Shown piece by piece: positions 15,375-24,747 of a DNA stretch of 37,745 bases. The notes beneath the pieces are model-generated. The model did no database searches. It was not told where the DNA came from and saw nothing but the letters and a program-made list of their open reading frames with translations. The position numbers were made by a program, and so were the translations under genes. This stretch comes from a virus. Its lineage: Duplodnaviria; Caudoviricetes. Location of the stretch: positions 1-37,745 of the IMG/VR virus record IMGVR_UViG_3300011338_000439. One strand, given 5' to 3'. The stretch's first letter is position 1, and each line of letters begins with the position of its first letter.

Positions 15375-17422
15375 CAGGGTCTCGCTTCGTGAGATTTGCC
15401 GACGACGGCGTCAGCGGTAGCGGTGGCGGCGCCCGGCGTTGCCATTTTCGAGATGCGGGCTGCGAGCGTGCTGTAGAACTGCCGTTGCGCCCGACTCAAA
15501 TCCTGCGCCGCCATGTAGCGGTAAAGCTCGCTGACGAGCTGCTGCGCATCGGTGCCTTGCCGAACGAGCGCACGCGCCGCCTGAAGCGCCTGCTCCTGAT
15601 TGCGCACCGTCGTTCCCTCGGCCGCAACCATGCCGACAATCTTCTGGACCGCGCCCGCCGCAGCGCCGACAGGGTTGGTGACGACGCTCTTGGCCGTGGT
15701 GAGGGCTGCTGCTGCCGTGTCAAGGGGGTTGCGGGCATCAGATTGCCCATAGCGCCCCTTCGCCGCCTGCCTCTCGGCAGTCTGCAACCCGCTTTCGATG
15801 GCGCGATTGGTGCCCGCCGCCTGTCCGGCGCCCCGCGCCGCCTCGACCATGCGTTGCGCCTCGTCAGGGCCATAGAGCATGCGGAGCTTGTCTTGAGCCT
15901 CACGCGAGGAGAACAGGCGGCGCGCAGCGTCGGCCGCCGGATCGTCGCTGGCGCCCGTCGCCGAGTGCATCGCCTTGCGAATGCTCTCGCGAATGCCGAG
16001 GTCGAATGCCTGCCGCTCGGGCTGGCTGCCGAGGTCGCCGACAAGCTGCCGCAGCTCGCTCGGGCCAACGCCTTTCTCGAACACCGTCCGGCCCGCATCG
16101 AGGGCATCGACAAGGGCGGCGTGCTCGGCATGCACGGCCCGACCCTGCGCCCACGGGCTTGCCGAGGGGTTGCCTGGAGAGACTGCCTCGTCCACAGCGT
16201 CACGGATGATGCGCGCCATGTCGCGGTAATGTCCGCGCGTCGTCTTGTCCGTCGTGTCGGCCAGCCCGTCGGCGGCCCTCTTGATATAATCCCACTCGGC
16301 CGCGCTTGGCATGCGCGTGACAGCCCAACCTTGCGGCGTCTGCTGCGCAAACCAGTTTGGCGGCGAAGCGTTGCCGCGCAGACTGTCGCGCATCGCCCGG
16401 CGATAGGCTTCCGTCATCAGTGAGGGATCGGAAATGCCGATGTGCGTGGCGATGTTCTGGATTTGCGGCGTGGTCGGGATCGGCGTCTGCCGAAACTGCG
16501 TGTAGAAGGGCTCGGCAAGCGACGCGCCGCGCTGCTCGATCGCGGTGATGACCTGATGCGGGTCGACGGGGTGACTGATGGCGTTGTTGATGACTTGCTC
16601 GATCCGATCGCCTGCGCCACCGGCGCCCGTCGCATCTCGCAGCACCTCAGAGGCCGCATCGCCGCGCGTCGCGAGAGCCTTCGCGTCCTGTTGTAGAGCA
16701 GGGGCGACGTCGGCCACGCGACCCTCAGTGCCGAGCCGCCCGAGCGTCGCGTTGGCCTCGGCCTCCGGCGTGCTGCGGAGAGAGTTGACGAGATTATCGG
16801 CCGTCTCGCGCGTCAATCCGCCGGGCGCCGCCGGCTCGCGCGCCATAGAGCGCCCGATGGCGTTACCTGCCGCGCGCAGCAAGGGTGCCGCAATACCGCC
16901 CGTTACGCCGCCGACAATACCCTCGCGTGCCGCATCGCTGACAGCGTCGTCGGCACTCGCGCCGTCCGCAATCGCGCTGCCTGCACCGTGCGCAGCCGCA
17001 CCCGCCGCACCCGCCCGCGCCCCCGTCAAGACGGTCCCGGCGACGCCGCGCCCACTCATGGAAGGGGCTAGGATTGCCTCTGCCGCACGCGGGACGAGGC
17101 CGACGACGCGACCGACGCCTTGCGCTGCGCGCCCTGCCGCCGCAAGAGGCCCAAGGGCTGCCGTCTGCGCTCCAATCCCGGCCACATCACCCGCGATCGA
17201 GGCGTAAGGGTGCTCCTCACGTGCGAGCTTGTTGCGTGCGCGATCGGTGCCCGGCGCAAACCCGAACGTGGCTGCGTCGTAGGCAGCACGTGCACCAGCC
17301 TCCAGCGCGCCGGTTTGGGGCTCGGCTTTCTTCGGCGCCCCAATGACATCCTCGTCGCTCAGAAACGCGCGTGAGGAAGGGTTGCCGATGACGTCGTCGT
17401 CGGTCAGGAGCTTGCCAGCCAT
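15374..17422 (-). CDS. Internal virion / DNA ejection protein
   Basis: 682-aa Ala/Gly-rich helical protein at the ejection-gene position of podoviruses. Confidence 0.65.
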   Translation of the reverse strand: MAGKLLTDDDVIGNPSSRAFLSDEDVIGAPKKAEPQTGALEAGARAAYDAATFGFAPGTDRARNKLAREEHPYASIAGDVAGIGAQTAALGPLAAAGRAAQGVGRVVGLVPRAAEAILAPSMSGRGVAGTVLTGARAGAAGAAAHGAGSAIADGASADDAVSDAAREGIVGGVTGGIAAPLLRAAGNAIGRSMAREPAAPGGLTRETADNLVNSLRSTPEAEANATLGRLGTEGRVADVAPALQQDAKALATRGDAASEVLRDATGAGGAGDRIEQVINNAISHPVDPHQVITAIEQRGASLAEPFYTQFRQTPIPTTPQIQNIATHIGISDPSLMTEAYRRAMRDSLRGNASPPNWFAQQTPQGWAVTRMPSAAEWDYIKRAADGLADTTDKTTRGHYRDMARIIRDAVDEAVSPGNPSASPWAQGRAVHAEHAALVDALDAGRTVFEKGVGPSELRQLVGDLGSQPERQAFDLGIRESIRKAMHSATGASDDPAADAARRLFSSREAQDKLRMLYGPDEAQRMVEAARGAGQAAGTNRAIESGLQTAERQAAKGRYGQSDARNPLDTAAAALTTAKSVVTNPVGAAAGAVQKIVGMVAAEGTTVRNQEQALQAARALVRQGTDAQQLVSELYRYMAAQDLSRAQRQFYSTLAARISKMATPGAATATADAVVGKSHEARP

Positions 17423-17425
17423 GGA

Positions 17426-19936
17426 TCAGCCCCCTACCGCAACAGGTTCCCAGCCACCTTGCACGCGCCGGACCGGCTTGCCGTCCTTGGACAAGGCCAT
17501 CGCGCCGATTGGCGTATCCTTGGCGGCGGGCGGCAAGGATTTGAGGTCGACGGGTCCAGCGGCACTCGCTGCCGGTTTCGCTGCGCCGTTGCGCTTGTCC
17601 AATTCGGCAAAGGCGTTGTAATTGGGGTCGCGCAGCTTCGCGAGACCGCCCTCTTGCTGCAGCGTGCGTTGACGCTCCACGGCAACTTGCGCCTCACGCT
17701 TGAGAGACTGCAACCGCTCCTTGAGGGCGTCATACGGCATGTTCTCAGATGCCTTCGCCAACTGCTCAAGGCGAATCTTGCCGTTGGTGACGTTGCCTCG
17801 TCCAAGATAGGAGGCGGCGGCCTCATCCTTCACCAGCGCATTCAGCTCGGACTTGAGCACTTCCAGCTTCGCGTAGGCTTTCGGGTCTTTGAAATACGCC
17901 GCCGTGCTGTTGAGCCCGAACCTCTCGCCCGGCCCGAGGTAGGGTTTGATCTCGCCAGCCAGCGCATCCATGCGATCCAGCCGGTCGATGACGCCCTGTG
18001 CGGCTTGTCCGCCCTGCAGGACCGCGTCGATTTGCTTGGAATCGAGCGTTGCCTGCCGGTTGGTCTCGGCCTTGATCTTGTCCCTTTTCGCCTCGTAGCC
18101 AAGCGCCCGCTCCTGTGCGGCGGCCTTTTCCGCATCGGTCGGCGGCGCGGAGGGATAAACGGGCGCCATCTCGCCGGGAAGCCCTGTTTGCGTAACCTGA
18201 CGCCCTCTCAACTCCAAATCGGCCTTGTGCTGCCGAATCTCCTCCTGCAGCTTGGCCGCCTGTAGCGCGGCGTTCTGCTCCGCCGCATGCGCCTGAAGGC
18301 CCATCTGCATGCCCGATCGCGCCGCCTCGCCTGTGCCTGCGCGCGTCGTGTTGGTGAGGAGTCCGAGCCCCAGCCCCACCAGCGGCATGTTCCAATTTTT
18401 GGGGTTGAGTGCCGCCATCAGGCCGCCTTCGCTGGGTGGCGCTGGCGCAGCGGGCGAGGCAGGCGCCTCCGTGCCCGCCGTCTCGCGCGCGGCAGCGACG
18501 ATGCCGGGATAATCCCGACTGCTGTGCGCCAGCGCGCCAAGCCCTGCCTCGGAGGCTTTCTTTTCGCCAGAGCCAGAACGCTTCTCCGGCTTCATGTCGG
18601 GAAAGTCCACCGTATCGGGGTCGACCTTGCCGTCGAGTGCGGCCAGTCCGACCTTGGGCGGTTTGCCCGTATACCCGTCCTGGCTCGTGTCGGTCGTCGA
18701 CGGCGTGAAGTCGCTGACGGACTTGATGACCTTGGGCGTGCTTTCAACGCGCCCTTGAATCTTTCCCGAGGAGGGCGGCGCGAGATAGCTGCCCGTGACC
18801 GGGTCGATCGAGCCTGAAAACCCCATGTCCGCCGCAGGCGTCCCGCCCGGAATGAGGTTCTTGATCCACCCAAGCCCCGTCGGCGCGCCCTCGGCCACCC
18901 ATGGCCAATCTCCGGTGCCCGACGGCGTGCCGCCATCGGCAAATCCACGCGTCTCGCCATCGCGCAACTCGCGCATGCCGCGCACAATGTGCCCGAATTT
19001 CTCGACGGCAGGGTGATTGGGTGCACTGCCCCCGGACGCAAGAGGAATCGCCCCGCCCGACGCCTTGCCGAATGGACTGAATGACTTGAGGCCGCCCCAG
19101 GCTTGCCCGAGCCACCCTTGGCTTCCATCCTTGCCGCCAAAAGCGCCGGAGCCACCCAAAAGCGCGCCGAGACCGCCGAGCTGGCTCAACCACGAAGGCC
19201 CCGGCTGCGTCATCTCCGATTGGCCGGTCGATGTGCCCTGTGATGTCGACGATCCCCCGGCGATGCCGCCAAGGCCGGCGAGCCCTTGCGAGATGCCGAG
19301 CTGCTGCGCAATCTGGTTGTTGCCGCCCGCCATCTGCGCTTGCAACTGCTGCAGCAAGGCTTGCTGCTGTTGCGTATCAAGACTGCCGAGGCCGTAGCCC
19401 GAGGCGAGATTGGTGGAGGCGCTGAGCTTGGCGGCATCGCCAGCGGCCGATAGGGCGCGGTCATAGCCGCCCTGTTGAAGCTGGGCGAGCACGGGCGCCT
19501 GCGCCAACTGCTGCTGGCCGCCAAGGGTTGCCGCAAGCACCGCCGATCGATCGTTGCCGAAACCGCCGGAGCCCGCGAGCTGCCCCATGAGCTGATTGGC
19601 TTGCTGGGCGTTCTGCTGATCGAAGGCCGCTCGCGTCGCGTCCGTGACCTGCTTGGTGTAGGGCGAGGACGCATCGAGCCATGGTTGCAGCTTGTCCGGC
19701 GTCAACGTCGAGCCTTGCGCCGCCGAAAAAGCCGCGCGCGCATCGCCATAGTCGGGGCTGGCGAGGCTGCCGAGCCCCTGATAGGCGCGCTGCTGCAGAT
19801 CGTTGGGACCAGCCCCCATGCCGAACAGGCGTTGCGCCTGCTGCAGTGCAAAGGGGCTGAGATTGTTGGTCGAGGTCTGCGAGCCGCTTTGCGACTGCGA
19901 GGTGTTTTGCGTCGAGCGCTGTGCGCCTTTGCCCAT
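17426..19936 (-). CDS. Internal virion / DNA ejection (pilot-like) protein
   Basis: Start MGKGAQRSTQNTSQS with GAGG RBS; Gln/Gly/Ala-rich; contains GGFGNDRS and several AxGG motifs. Confidence 0.7.
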   Translation of the reverse strand: MGKGAQRSTQNTSQSQSGSQTSTNNLSPFALQQAQRLFGMGAGPNDLQQRAYQGLGSLASPDYGDARAAFSAAQGSTLTPDKLQPWLDASSPYTKQVTDATRAAFDQQNAQQANQLMGQLAGSGGFGNDRSAVLAATLGGQQQLAQAPVLAQLQQGGYDRALSAAGDAAKLSASTNLASGYGLGSLDTQQQQALLQQLQAQMAGGNNQIAQQLGISQGLAGLGGIAGGSSTSQGTSTGQSEMTQPGPSWLSQLGGLGALLGGSGAFGGKDGSQGWLGQAWGGLKSFSPFGKASGGAIPLASGGSAPNHPAVEKFGHIVRGMRELRDGETRGFADGGTPSGTGDWPWVAEGAPTGLGWIKNLIPGGTPAADMGFSGSIDPVTGSYLAPPSSGKIQGRVESTPKVIKSVSDFTPSTTDTSQDGYTGKPPKVGLAALDGKVDPDTVDFPDMKPEKRSGSGEKKASEAGLGALAHSSRDYPGIVAAARETAGTEAPASPAAPAPPSEGGLMAALNPKNWNMPLVGLGLGLLTNTTRAGTGEAARSGMQMGLQAHAAEQNAALQAAKLQEEIRQHKADLELRGRQVTQTGLPGEMAPVYPSAPPTDAEKAAAQERALGYEAKRDKIKAETNRQATLDSKQIDAVLQGGQAAQGVIDRLDRMDALAGEIKPYLGPGERFGLNSTAAYFKDPKAYAKLEVLKSELNALVKDEAAASYLGRGNVTNGKIRLEQLAKASENMPYDALKERLQSLKREAQVAVERQRTLQQEGGLAKLRDPNYNAFAELDKRNGAAKPAASAAGPVDLKSLPPAAKDTPIGAMALSKDGKPVRRVQGGWEPVAVGG

Positions 19937-19937
19937 C

Positions 19938-20426
19938 TCAAGCCGCCTTCGTTGCCGCGCTGTGCGCTGGTGCGTGGACGAAATAAGCGCCCGCCGGGGC
20001 ACCCAACGCCTTGCGATACAAACGCACCTTGGCCTCGGTCCTGATGTTGGACAGGACGCCAATGAGCAACAACATCTCGGTCATGTCGGAGACCGCCTTG
20101 CTGAAGGCGATCAAATCCTGACTGTTCGTGGACGCCCGGAACTTTGGGCGAACATAGTTGAAAAGCTCCTCGATGAAGACGGCGCGCGAATACCACATGC
20201 GCGACAACTGCAGATAGATCATGCCTTCCGCCTGCACGTCACCGACGACGCCAATCAGCGCGTTGTCGCCACGCAAAGCGCGGTCCACCGTCTCGTGCAC
20301 GCACGCCATCTCGACCGGGAACAAAGCGTTCTCGCCGTGCAGCTCCATGCACATAGCAATGATCTCGTCTCGGTCGGCGGGCGTGGCGAGGCGCACGCGC
20401 GGACAACCCGGCACGGTGGGCAACAT
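19938..20426 (-). CDS. GNAT-fold acetyltransferase-like morphogenesis protein
   Basis: VRLATPAD...ELFNYVRPKFR motifs. GNAT-fold genes commonly precede podovirus ejection genes. Confidence 0.7.
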   Translation of the reverse strand: MLPTVPGCPRVRLATPADRDEIIAMCMELHGENALFPVEMACVHETVDRALRGDNALIGVVGDVQAEGMIYLQLSRMWYSRAVFIEELFNYVRPKFRASTNSQDLIAFSKAVSDMTEMLLLIGVLSNIRTEAKVRLYRKALGAPAGAYFVHAPAHSAATKAA

Positions 20427-20438
20427 GAGCAAATCCGA

Positions 20439-20454
20439 TGTTTCACGTGAATCA
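20439..20454. promoter_or_regulatory. parS-like site (ParB-binding palindrome)
   Basis: TGTTTCACGTGAATCA matches the chromosomal parS consensus TGTTTCACGTGAAACA at 15/16 positions. Confidence 0.65.
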
Positions 20455-20470
20455 ATGCGCGTAGACGCAC

Positions 20471-20500
20471 AAAAGCCCCGGCGTGCGGTCACCGGGGCTT
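20471..20500 (-). terminator. Rho-independent terminator
   Basis: AAGCCCCGG-N10-CCGGGGCTT followed by TT on the minus strand. Confidence 0.65.
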
Positions 20501-20558
20501 ATGCATGCTGGCATCTGCATCCTGCGGGCCGGGATACAAGCGCCGCGAGGATGCCGTT

Positions 20559-20587
20559 TTTATGCCTCAATCCGTCGACGCCGTCAA
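20559..20587 (-). promoter_or_regulatory. Candidate sigma70 promoter
   Basis: TTGACG-N17-CATAAA on the minus strand, intergenic. Confidence 0.55.
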
Positions 20588-20630
20588 CGTCTTGTTAGGG
20601 CCTGTGGCGAACGATCGAGGTCGGTCGAGG

Positions 20631-21044
20631 TCAGTCCTGTGCGGGTGGGGGCAATTTTTGCAGCGTGTCGACGTTCTGCTTGCGCGTGTCGAGCACGAAT
20701 TGGTCAAGGGCGGCCTGTCCCTGCTGTACGTCGCCGAACTTGGCCCTGATCTGCTGTGGCGTGATGACATGCTCGCCGTGGCTGAGCTTGACCGGGATCG
20801 CGCCACCCCTCTTGAAGTGCGCCACCTCGTCCGGCCCCGCTGGCGGAAACATCTTGTCGAGCAGCGCGTGCCCGGCCTCGCTGTTGCCATCTCCCAGCGC
20901 CGAGACCACGTCTGCCGGAATAACGTAGGCACCGGGCGGAACGCTCGTATCGACGTCGTCGAGACGGCCGGGAGACGCTCCCTTGACCGGCCCCGTTGCA
21001 ATTGCCATGGCGCGGTCAACGGCCTTGGTTCTATCGACGGCCAT
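20631..21044 (-). CDS. Conserved virion-associated protein with an internal duplication
   Basis: GAYVIPADVVSALGDGNSEAG..LLD and GEHVITPQQI...G....G...LD repeats separated by FKRGG; GAGG RBS before ATG 21044. Confidence 0.7.
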   Translation of the reverse strand: MAVDRTKAVDRAMAIATGPVKGASPGRLDDVDTSVPPGAYVIPADVVSALGDGNSEAGHALLDKMFPPAGPDEVAHFKRGGAIPVKLSHGEHVITPQQIRAKFGDVQQGQAALDQFVLDTRKQNVDTLQKLPPPAQD

Positions 21045-21077
21045 GCAATGCCTCGCGTGGATGGCGGATGATTCGTG

Positions 21078-21106
21078 TTGCAGCTTGTATGCGTTTTCTG
21101 CATAAT
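21078..21106 (+). promoter_or_regulatory. Sigma70 promoter of the MarR gene
   Basis: TTGCAG-N17-CATAAT, overlapped by the inverted repeat TGCAG-N14-CTGCA (21079-21102). Confidence 0.6.
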
Positions 21107-21148
21107 GAACGTGCCGAAATCGTCGGCGCAACTCGTATGGGGCACATC

Positions 21149-21568
21149 ATGAGTCTGTATCTTGCGGTCCGCCGCGCGCACCAATCGCTCGAAAGCCAAT
21201 TGCTGCTGGCCTTGCCGCGCGGCATCACCTCGCGTCAAGCGCTGATCCTCGATCTGCTCTTGGACCGCTCGGCCGTCGACAAGCAAGCCGACATCGTCGC
21301 GCAGATCGGGATTGATCGGTCAACGCTCGCCGACGTCATGAAGCGCATGCAAAAACACGGCCTGTTGGAGCGCGCGCGGGACAAACGCGACGCCCGCGCC
21401 TACAACGTCAGACTGACGCCGGAAGGTATCGAGGCCGCCAACGCCTGTCGCATCGCCCTCAGGCGCATCGAAGCCAAGGTTGTCGCGCGGCTCGGCGCCG
21501 AATCTGCGGCCCTCGACGTGCTGGCCGTGATTGCGGGAACGTCAGACGCACGCGCCTTGGCCGCGTAA
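21149..21568 (+). CDS. MarR-family transcriptional regulator (moron, opposite orientation)
   Basis: ITSRQALIL...QADIVAQIGIDRSTLADVMKRMQKHGLLER.RDKRDARAYNVRLTPEG is a canonical MarR winged HTH. Confidence 0.9.
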   Translation: MSLYLAVRRAHQSLESQLLLALPRGITSRQALILDLLLDRSAVDKQADIVAQIGIDRSTLADVMKRMQKHGLLERARDKRDARAYNVRLTPEGIEAANACRIALRRIEAKVVARLGAESAALDVLAVIAGTSDARALAA

Positions 21569-21691
21569 GGACGGCGTTGTCACGTAAATACCGCGCGAGA
21601 GCCTTATTTTTGCCCGCGATATCAGCGAGAGTGATCCTCGTTCCGCCGCACCGTTCCTTGCGTATCGCGGCCTGCGTCTGTCCCGCGTGAC

Positions 21692-21735
21692 AAAAAGAAA
21701 CGCCCGGTCCTCGGTTCCGCGTATCGACCGGGCGT
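21692..21735 (-). terminator. Rho-independent terminator
   Basis: ACGCCCGGTC...GACCGGGCGT stem followed by TTCTTTTT on the minus strand, just after the 21741 stop. Confidence 0.75.
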
Positions 21736-21740
21736 CACAA

Positions 21741-21962
21741 TCAAGGGTTGTAATAGGGAACCTTGACCGCAGCGCCGCCGGGCAGCGTCACATTCATGTA
21801 GCCCAAGGGCGTTGCCGGGAGTGCGCTGGCGCCGCCCGCCGCACCCACGGTCGATGCCGTCGTAGACTGCTGCGGAAACACCGTCGACATATACTGTGCA
21901 ATCTGCGCCAGCAGGCGGTTCGAGTTCTGGACCGCCGTCAGCATGTCGTTGTCTTGAGCCAT
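21741..21962 (-). CDS. Small structural hypothetical protein (73 aa)
   Basis: TAATG-coupled to the nozzle gene; ends ALPATPLGYMNV...KVPYY. Confidence 0.75.
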   Translation of the reverse strand: MAQDNDMLTAVQNSNRLLAQIAQYMSTVFPQQSTTASTVGAAGGASALPATPLGYMNVTLPGGAAVKVPYYNP

Positions 21963-24028
21963 TATTGCCTTCCGTCCGGCTGATAGACATAGCGCATGTT
22001 GCCCAAGCGCCAGAATGAGCCGATATCGCTCGACTCGATCTTGATCTTGACCCGGTGCCCCCGCACGCGCGGATTGAAATAGGCCGTCGACTGCGTCACC
22101 GTGAACGGCCCCGTCGTCGTCACCTTGCCCGAGATGTCATTGACCGTCGTGAAGGTCAGCTTGACCTGCGCCGTTTGCGCTTGTCCATACTGCCCCCAGC
22201 GCATATCCGGGAAGAATTGCTTGACGAGCGCCGTCTGCGTGCCCTCCCCAATCATGAAGTAGCCCGTCTCGATCGAGGCGTTGATAGGCTGGCCGTCGGC
22301 GTCCGCGCCGGTCTCGTGCTGGTAGACGATACCGGTCGACGTCGCCGCGATCGGGGCGCCGAGGATCGTGTTAGGCAGCCACGTGGACCGGCCGACGTTG
22401 CCGTAATCCCATTCGCCCGTATTCACGTTGTATTTGATGTACTTATCGCACTCGGAGGCATTGCCGCTGAGCGAGGGATAGAAAATCATCATCTCGTTGC
22501 GTGCGGGGTTGGCCCCCATCACCACGCGGCTGCGATAGCTCGGGTTGAGGTCTTGAAACAGGATGTCCCAGACGTCGCACTGAATGACTTCCGGCCCGTT
22601 ACCGCCGAGCCGGAACACCTGATTGGTGACCCCCACCCAATAGACCTGACCGTTGATGTGCGCGCACGCATGCTTGCCGATCAGGCCGCAGTTGGTGCCG
22701 ATCTTGTTCCAGTTCCAGACGAGCGTGCCCAGGCCGCCGAGTGACGATCCCGAATATTGCCCTGCCCACAGCTCGATATCCGTCCACACGAGCGCTTGTT
22801 GCGCGGGCATCATGCCGCCGACGCAGCGGGTGCCCGTGGGAATGCGATAGGAGCCCGCAAGGTTGGTAGTCGTCGCCTTCCACTGATTGTAGTTGTTGGC
22901 GTGGCACCACGTGATCAAAAGAGGGTCTTGCGCAAAGCCGATGCCGGACGAATAGGCCGACGTCGAGCCGTAGCAGATGATTTGCTGCTGCGGCATGGCA
23001 AGGAAGCAGCCGATATTGTAAGGCGGCGCCGCCGCGATCATGCCGGCGTTCTGTTGCCCCGCCGTCGGATTCCAGACGTAAACCGGGCCATTCTCGGGGC
23101 ACGCAACGAGAAATTGCCCCCAATTGTCCAGCGTCCAGTCGGTCGCCGTGATCGGCGTGCCCGTGGTCTGCCCGCTGACTGCGCCCGTGCCGAACCCGCC
23201 GAGGCCGAAGCCCCCGATGCCAAAGCCCGTGCCGAGCGGCGGCGGCCCGATCTGGATATAGTAGATGATCTGCGGGTTGCCGCTGTTGTAGCCCGTCGGC
23301 CCCGCATTCGAGGCGGCGGCATTGGCGGCGACGATGTTGAACGAGTTAGCGCCGGGCACGCTCGTGACGGTGTAGCTGCCCGCCGTGATCGTAATGCCGC
23401 CGATCGTCATTGCGATCGGCATAACGAACGTCGACCCCACGGCAAGCCCGTGCGCCGTCAGCGTCACGAGGACCGTGCTCGACCCGGCCGTGGTCGTGAA
23501 CGTCGGCACGGCGCCGCCCGAGACCACATTCGCGGTCGCATTCGCCGCTGCCGTGATCGTGTAGGTGTTGAGGCCGCCCACGGACGCGACCGGATAGGCG
23601 CCCGCCAGAATTAACCCGCCGACGGCCACGGGCGTGTTGAGATAGATGACGTTGCTGGTCGCCTGCGTGCCCGCCGCCGCATCGACGATCGTCACCGTGG
23701 GCGAGCCGAGCGTGGTCGAAAAATTGGGTGCGTTGTTGCTCGTGAGCGTCTGCGGCGTGACGGCGTAGCTGACGCCGCTCGCGAGCGCATTGAGGGACGT
23801 CGTCGTGCCCAGCGCATAATAGGCAACGCTGTTCAGATCGGCGAAGGCATGACTGGCGCGTGGGGTGCCCGCGTAGGCGGATGGCGTGTACTTCTGCCAT
23901 CCCCGCATTTTCTGCGGCAACCCTTCCTGCCACGAGATGCAATTCGAGGTGGCATAGCCGCCCTCGTTCAAGGTCGGCGTCAGGTCGCCCCGGATACCAG
24001 GGCGCAGCTTGATCGACTCTTGCGGCAT
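21962..24028 (-). CDS. Tail nozzle / DNA-stabilisation protein (P22 gp10 / T7 gp12-like)
   Basis: 688-aa beta-propeller-type sequence (WTLDNWGQFLVA...FWRLGNMRY...PDGR) with an inserted Thr-rich beta domain; follows an adaptor gene. Confidence 0.75.
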   Translation of the reverse strand: MPQESIKLRPGIRGDLTPTLNEGGYATSNCISWQEGLPQKMRGWQKYTPSAYAGTPRASHAFADLNSVAYYALGTTTSLNALASGVSYAVTPQTLTSNNAPNFSTTLGSPTVTIVDAAAGTQATSNVIYLNTPVAVGGLILAGAYPVASVGGLNTYTITAAANATANVVSGGAVPTFTTTAGSSTVLVTLTAHGLAVGSTFVMPIAMTIGGITITAGSYTVTSVPGANSFNIVAANAAASNAGPTGYNSGNPQIIYYIQIGPPPLGTGFGIGGFGLGGFGTGAVSGQTTGTPITATDWTLDNWGQFLVACPENGPVYVWNPTAGQQNAGMIAAAPPYNIGCFLAMPQQQIICYGSTSAYSSGIGFAQDPLLITWCHANNYNQWKATTTNLAGSYRIPTGTRCVGGMMPAQQALVWTDIELWAGQYSGSSLGGLGTLVWNWNKIGTNCGLIGKHACAHINGQVYWVGVTNQVFRLGGNGPEVIQCDVWDILFQDLNPSYRSRVVMGANPARNEMMIFYPSLSGNASECDKYIKYNVNTGEWDYGNVGRSTWLPNTILGAPIAATSTGIVYQHETGADADGQPINASIETGYFMIGEGTQTALVKQFFPDMRWGQYGQAQTAQVKLTFTTVNDISGKVTTTGPFTVTQSTAYFNPRVRGHRVKIKIESSDIGSFWRLGNMRYVYQPDGRQ

Positions 24029-24034
24029 CGGGCG

Positions 24035-24736
24035 TCAGCCTCGTTGCGTGTTGGCGGCGGGCGAGGGCGCAAGCGACGTCCAGCTTGTGGCGGTATAGCG
24101 CTTGCGCGCCTCCTCGGCAGCCCCGCTGTCGACCAGCTTCAGGTATTGCTGCTCCCAGCCGATGGCGGCCTGCGGGTCATCCGACATGGCGCTGAAATTC
24201 TTCTGATAGCCCGCGCCGAAGATCATCGTGGCGGCCATCCAGATATCCGGCAGGTATTGGGTCAGGAACGTCTGCGTGTTGCTGACCGAGAGCGGCGTTG
24301 GCCGGATGGTGCCGACGACCTCGACGGGGTAGCCTTGATCGGGGGCGGGGCCGACGAGAATCGTCGTGTCGTTGACGACGGCGTATTCCCTTGGGATCGA
24401 GGGCGTCGAGAGGGCCACATCCGACGGCCAGAACATATCGACAGTGTCTCGGCTGACGGGGCGCAGGGGCACGCGTTGCGATGCAACCGTCAGATTGATC
24501 GCCTGCGTCACCACGAACTTGCCCAGCGCCGTCGGCAGCGTGAACGTGCGCGTGTTGGGTGTGAGTGCTGCCGAGGTGTCGCGGACGATTGTCGACACAA
24601 GGTCAAGCTCGCGATAGATGCGCTGCTCGGCGTAGTCGATCGCACTCGGAATGATGGCGATGAAATTCGTGTCCGTGGGGTCGGCGCCAAGCATGACGGC
24701 GTAGGCTGCGGTCCACGAGGCGTAGGTGTAAGCCAT
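24035..24736 (-). CDS. Head-tail adaptor-like protein
   Basis: IDYAEQRIYRELD...IPREYA...GPAPDQGY pattern. Confidence 0.75.
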   Translation of the reverse strand: MAYTYASWTAAYAVMLGADPTDTNFIAIIPSAIDYAEQRIYRELDLVSTIVRDTSAALTPNTRTFTLPTALGKFVVTQAINLTVASQRVPLRPVSRDTVDMFWPSDVALSTPSIPREYAVVNDTTILVGPAPDQGYPVEVVGTIRPTPLSVSNTQTFLTQYLPDIWMAATMIFGAGYQKNFSAMSDDPQAAIGWEQQYLKLVDSGAAEEARKRYTATSWTSLAPSPAANTQRG

Positions 24737-24747
24737 GAAACCTCCGC

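Noticed and set aside
21569-21690. CCGCGATA/TATCGCGG stem downstream of the MarR gene as a separate ncRNA
   Set aside because: It is a single 8-bp stem in GC-rich DNA with no promoter or terminator evidence of its own.
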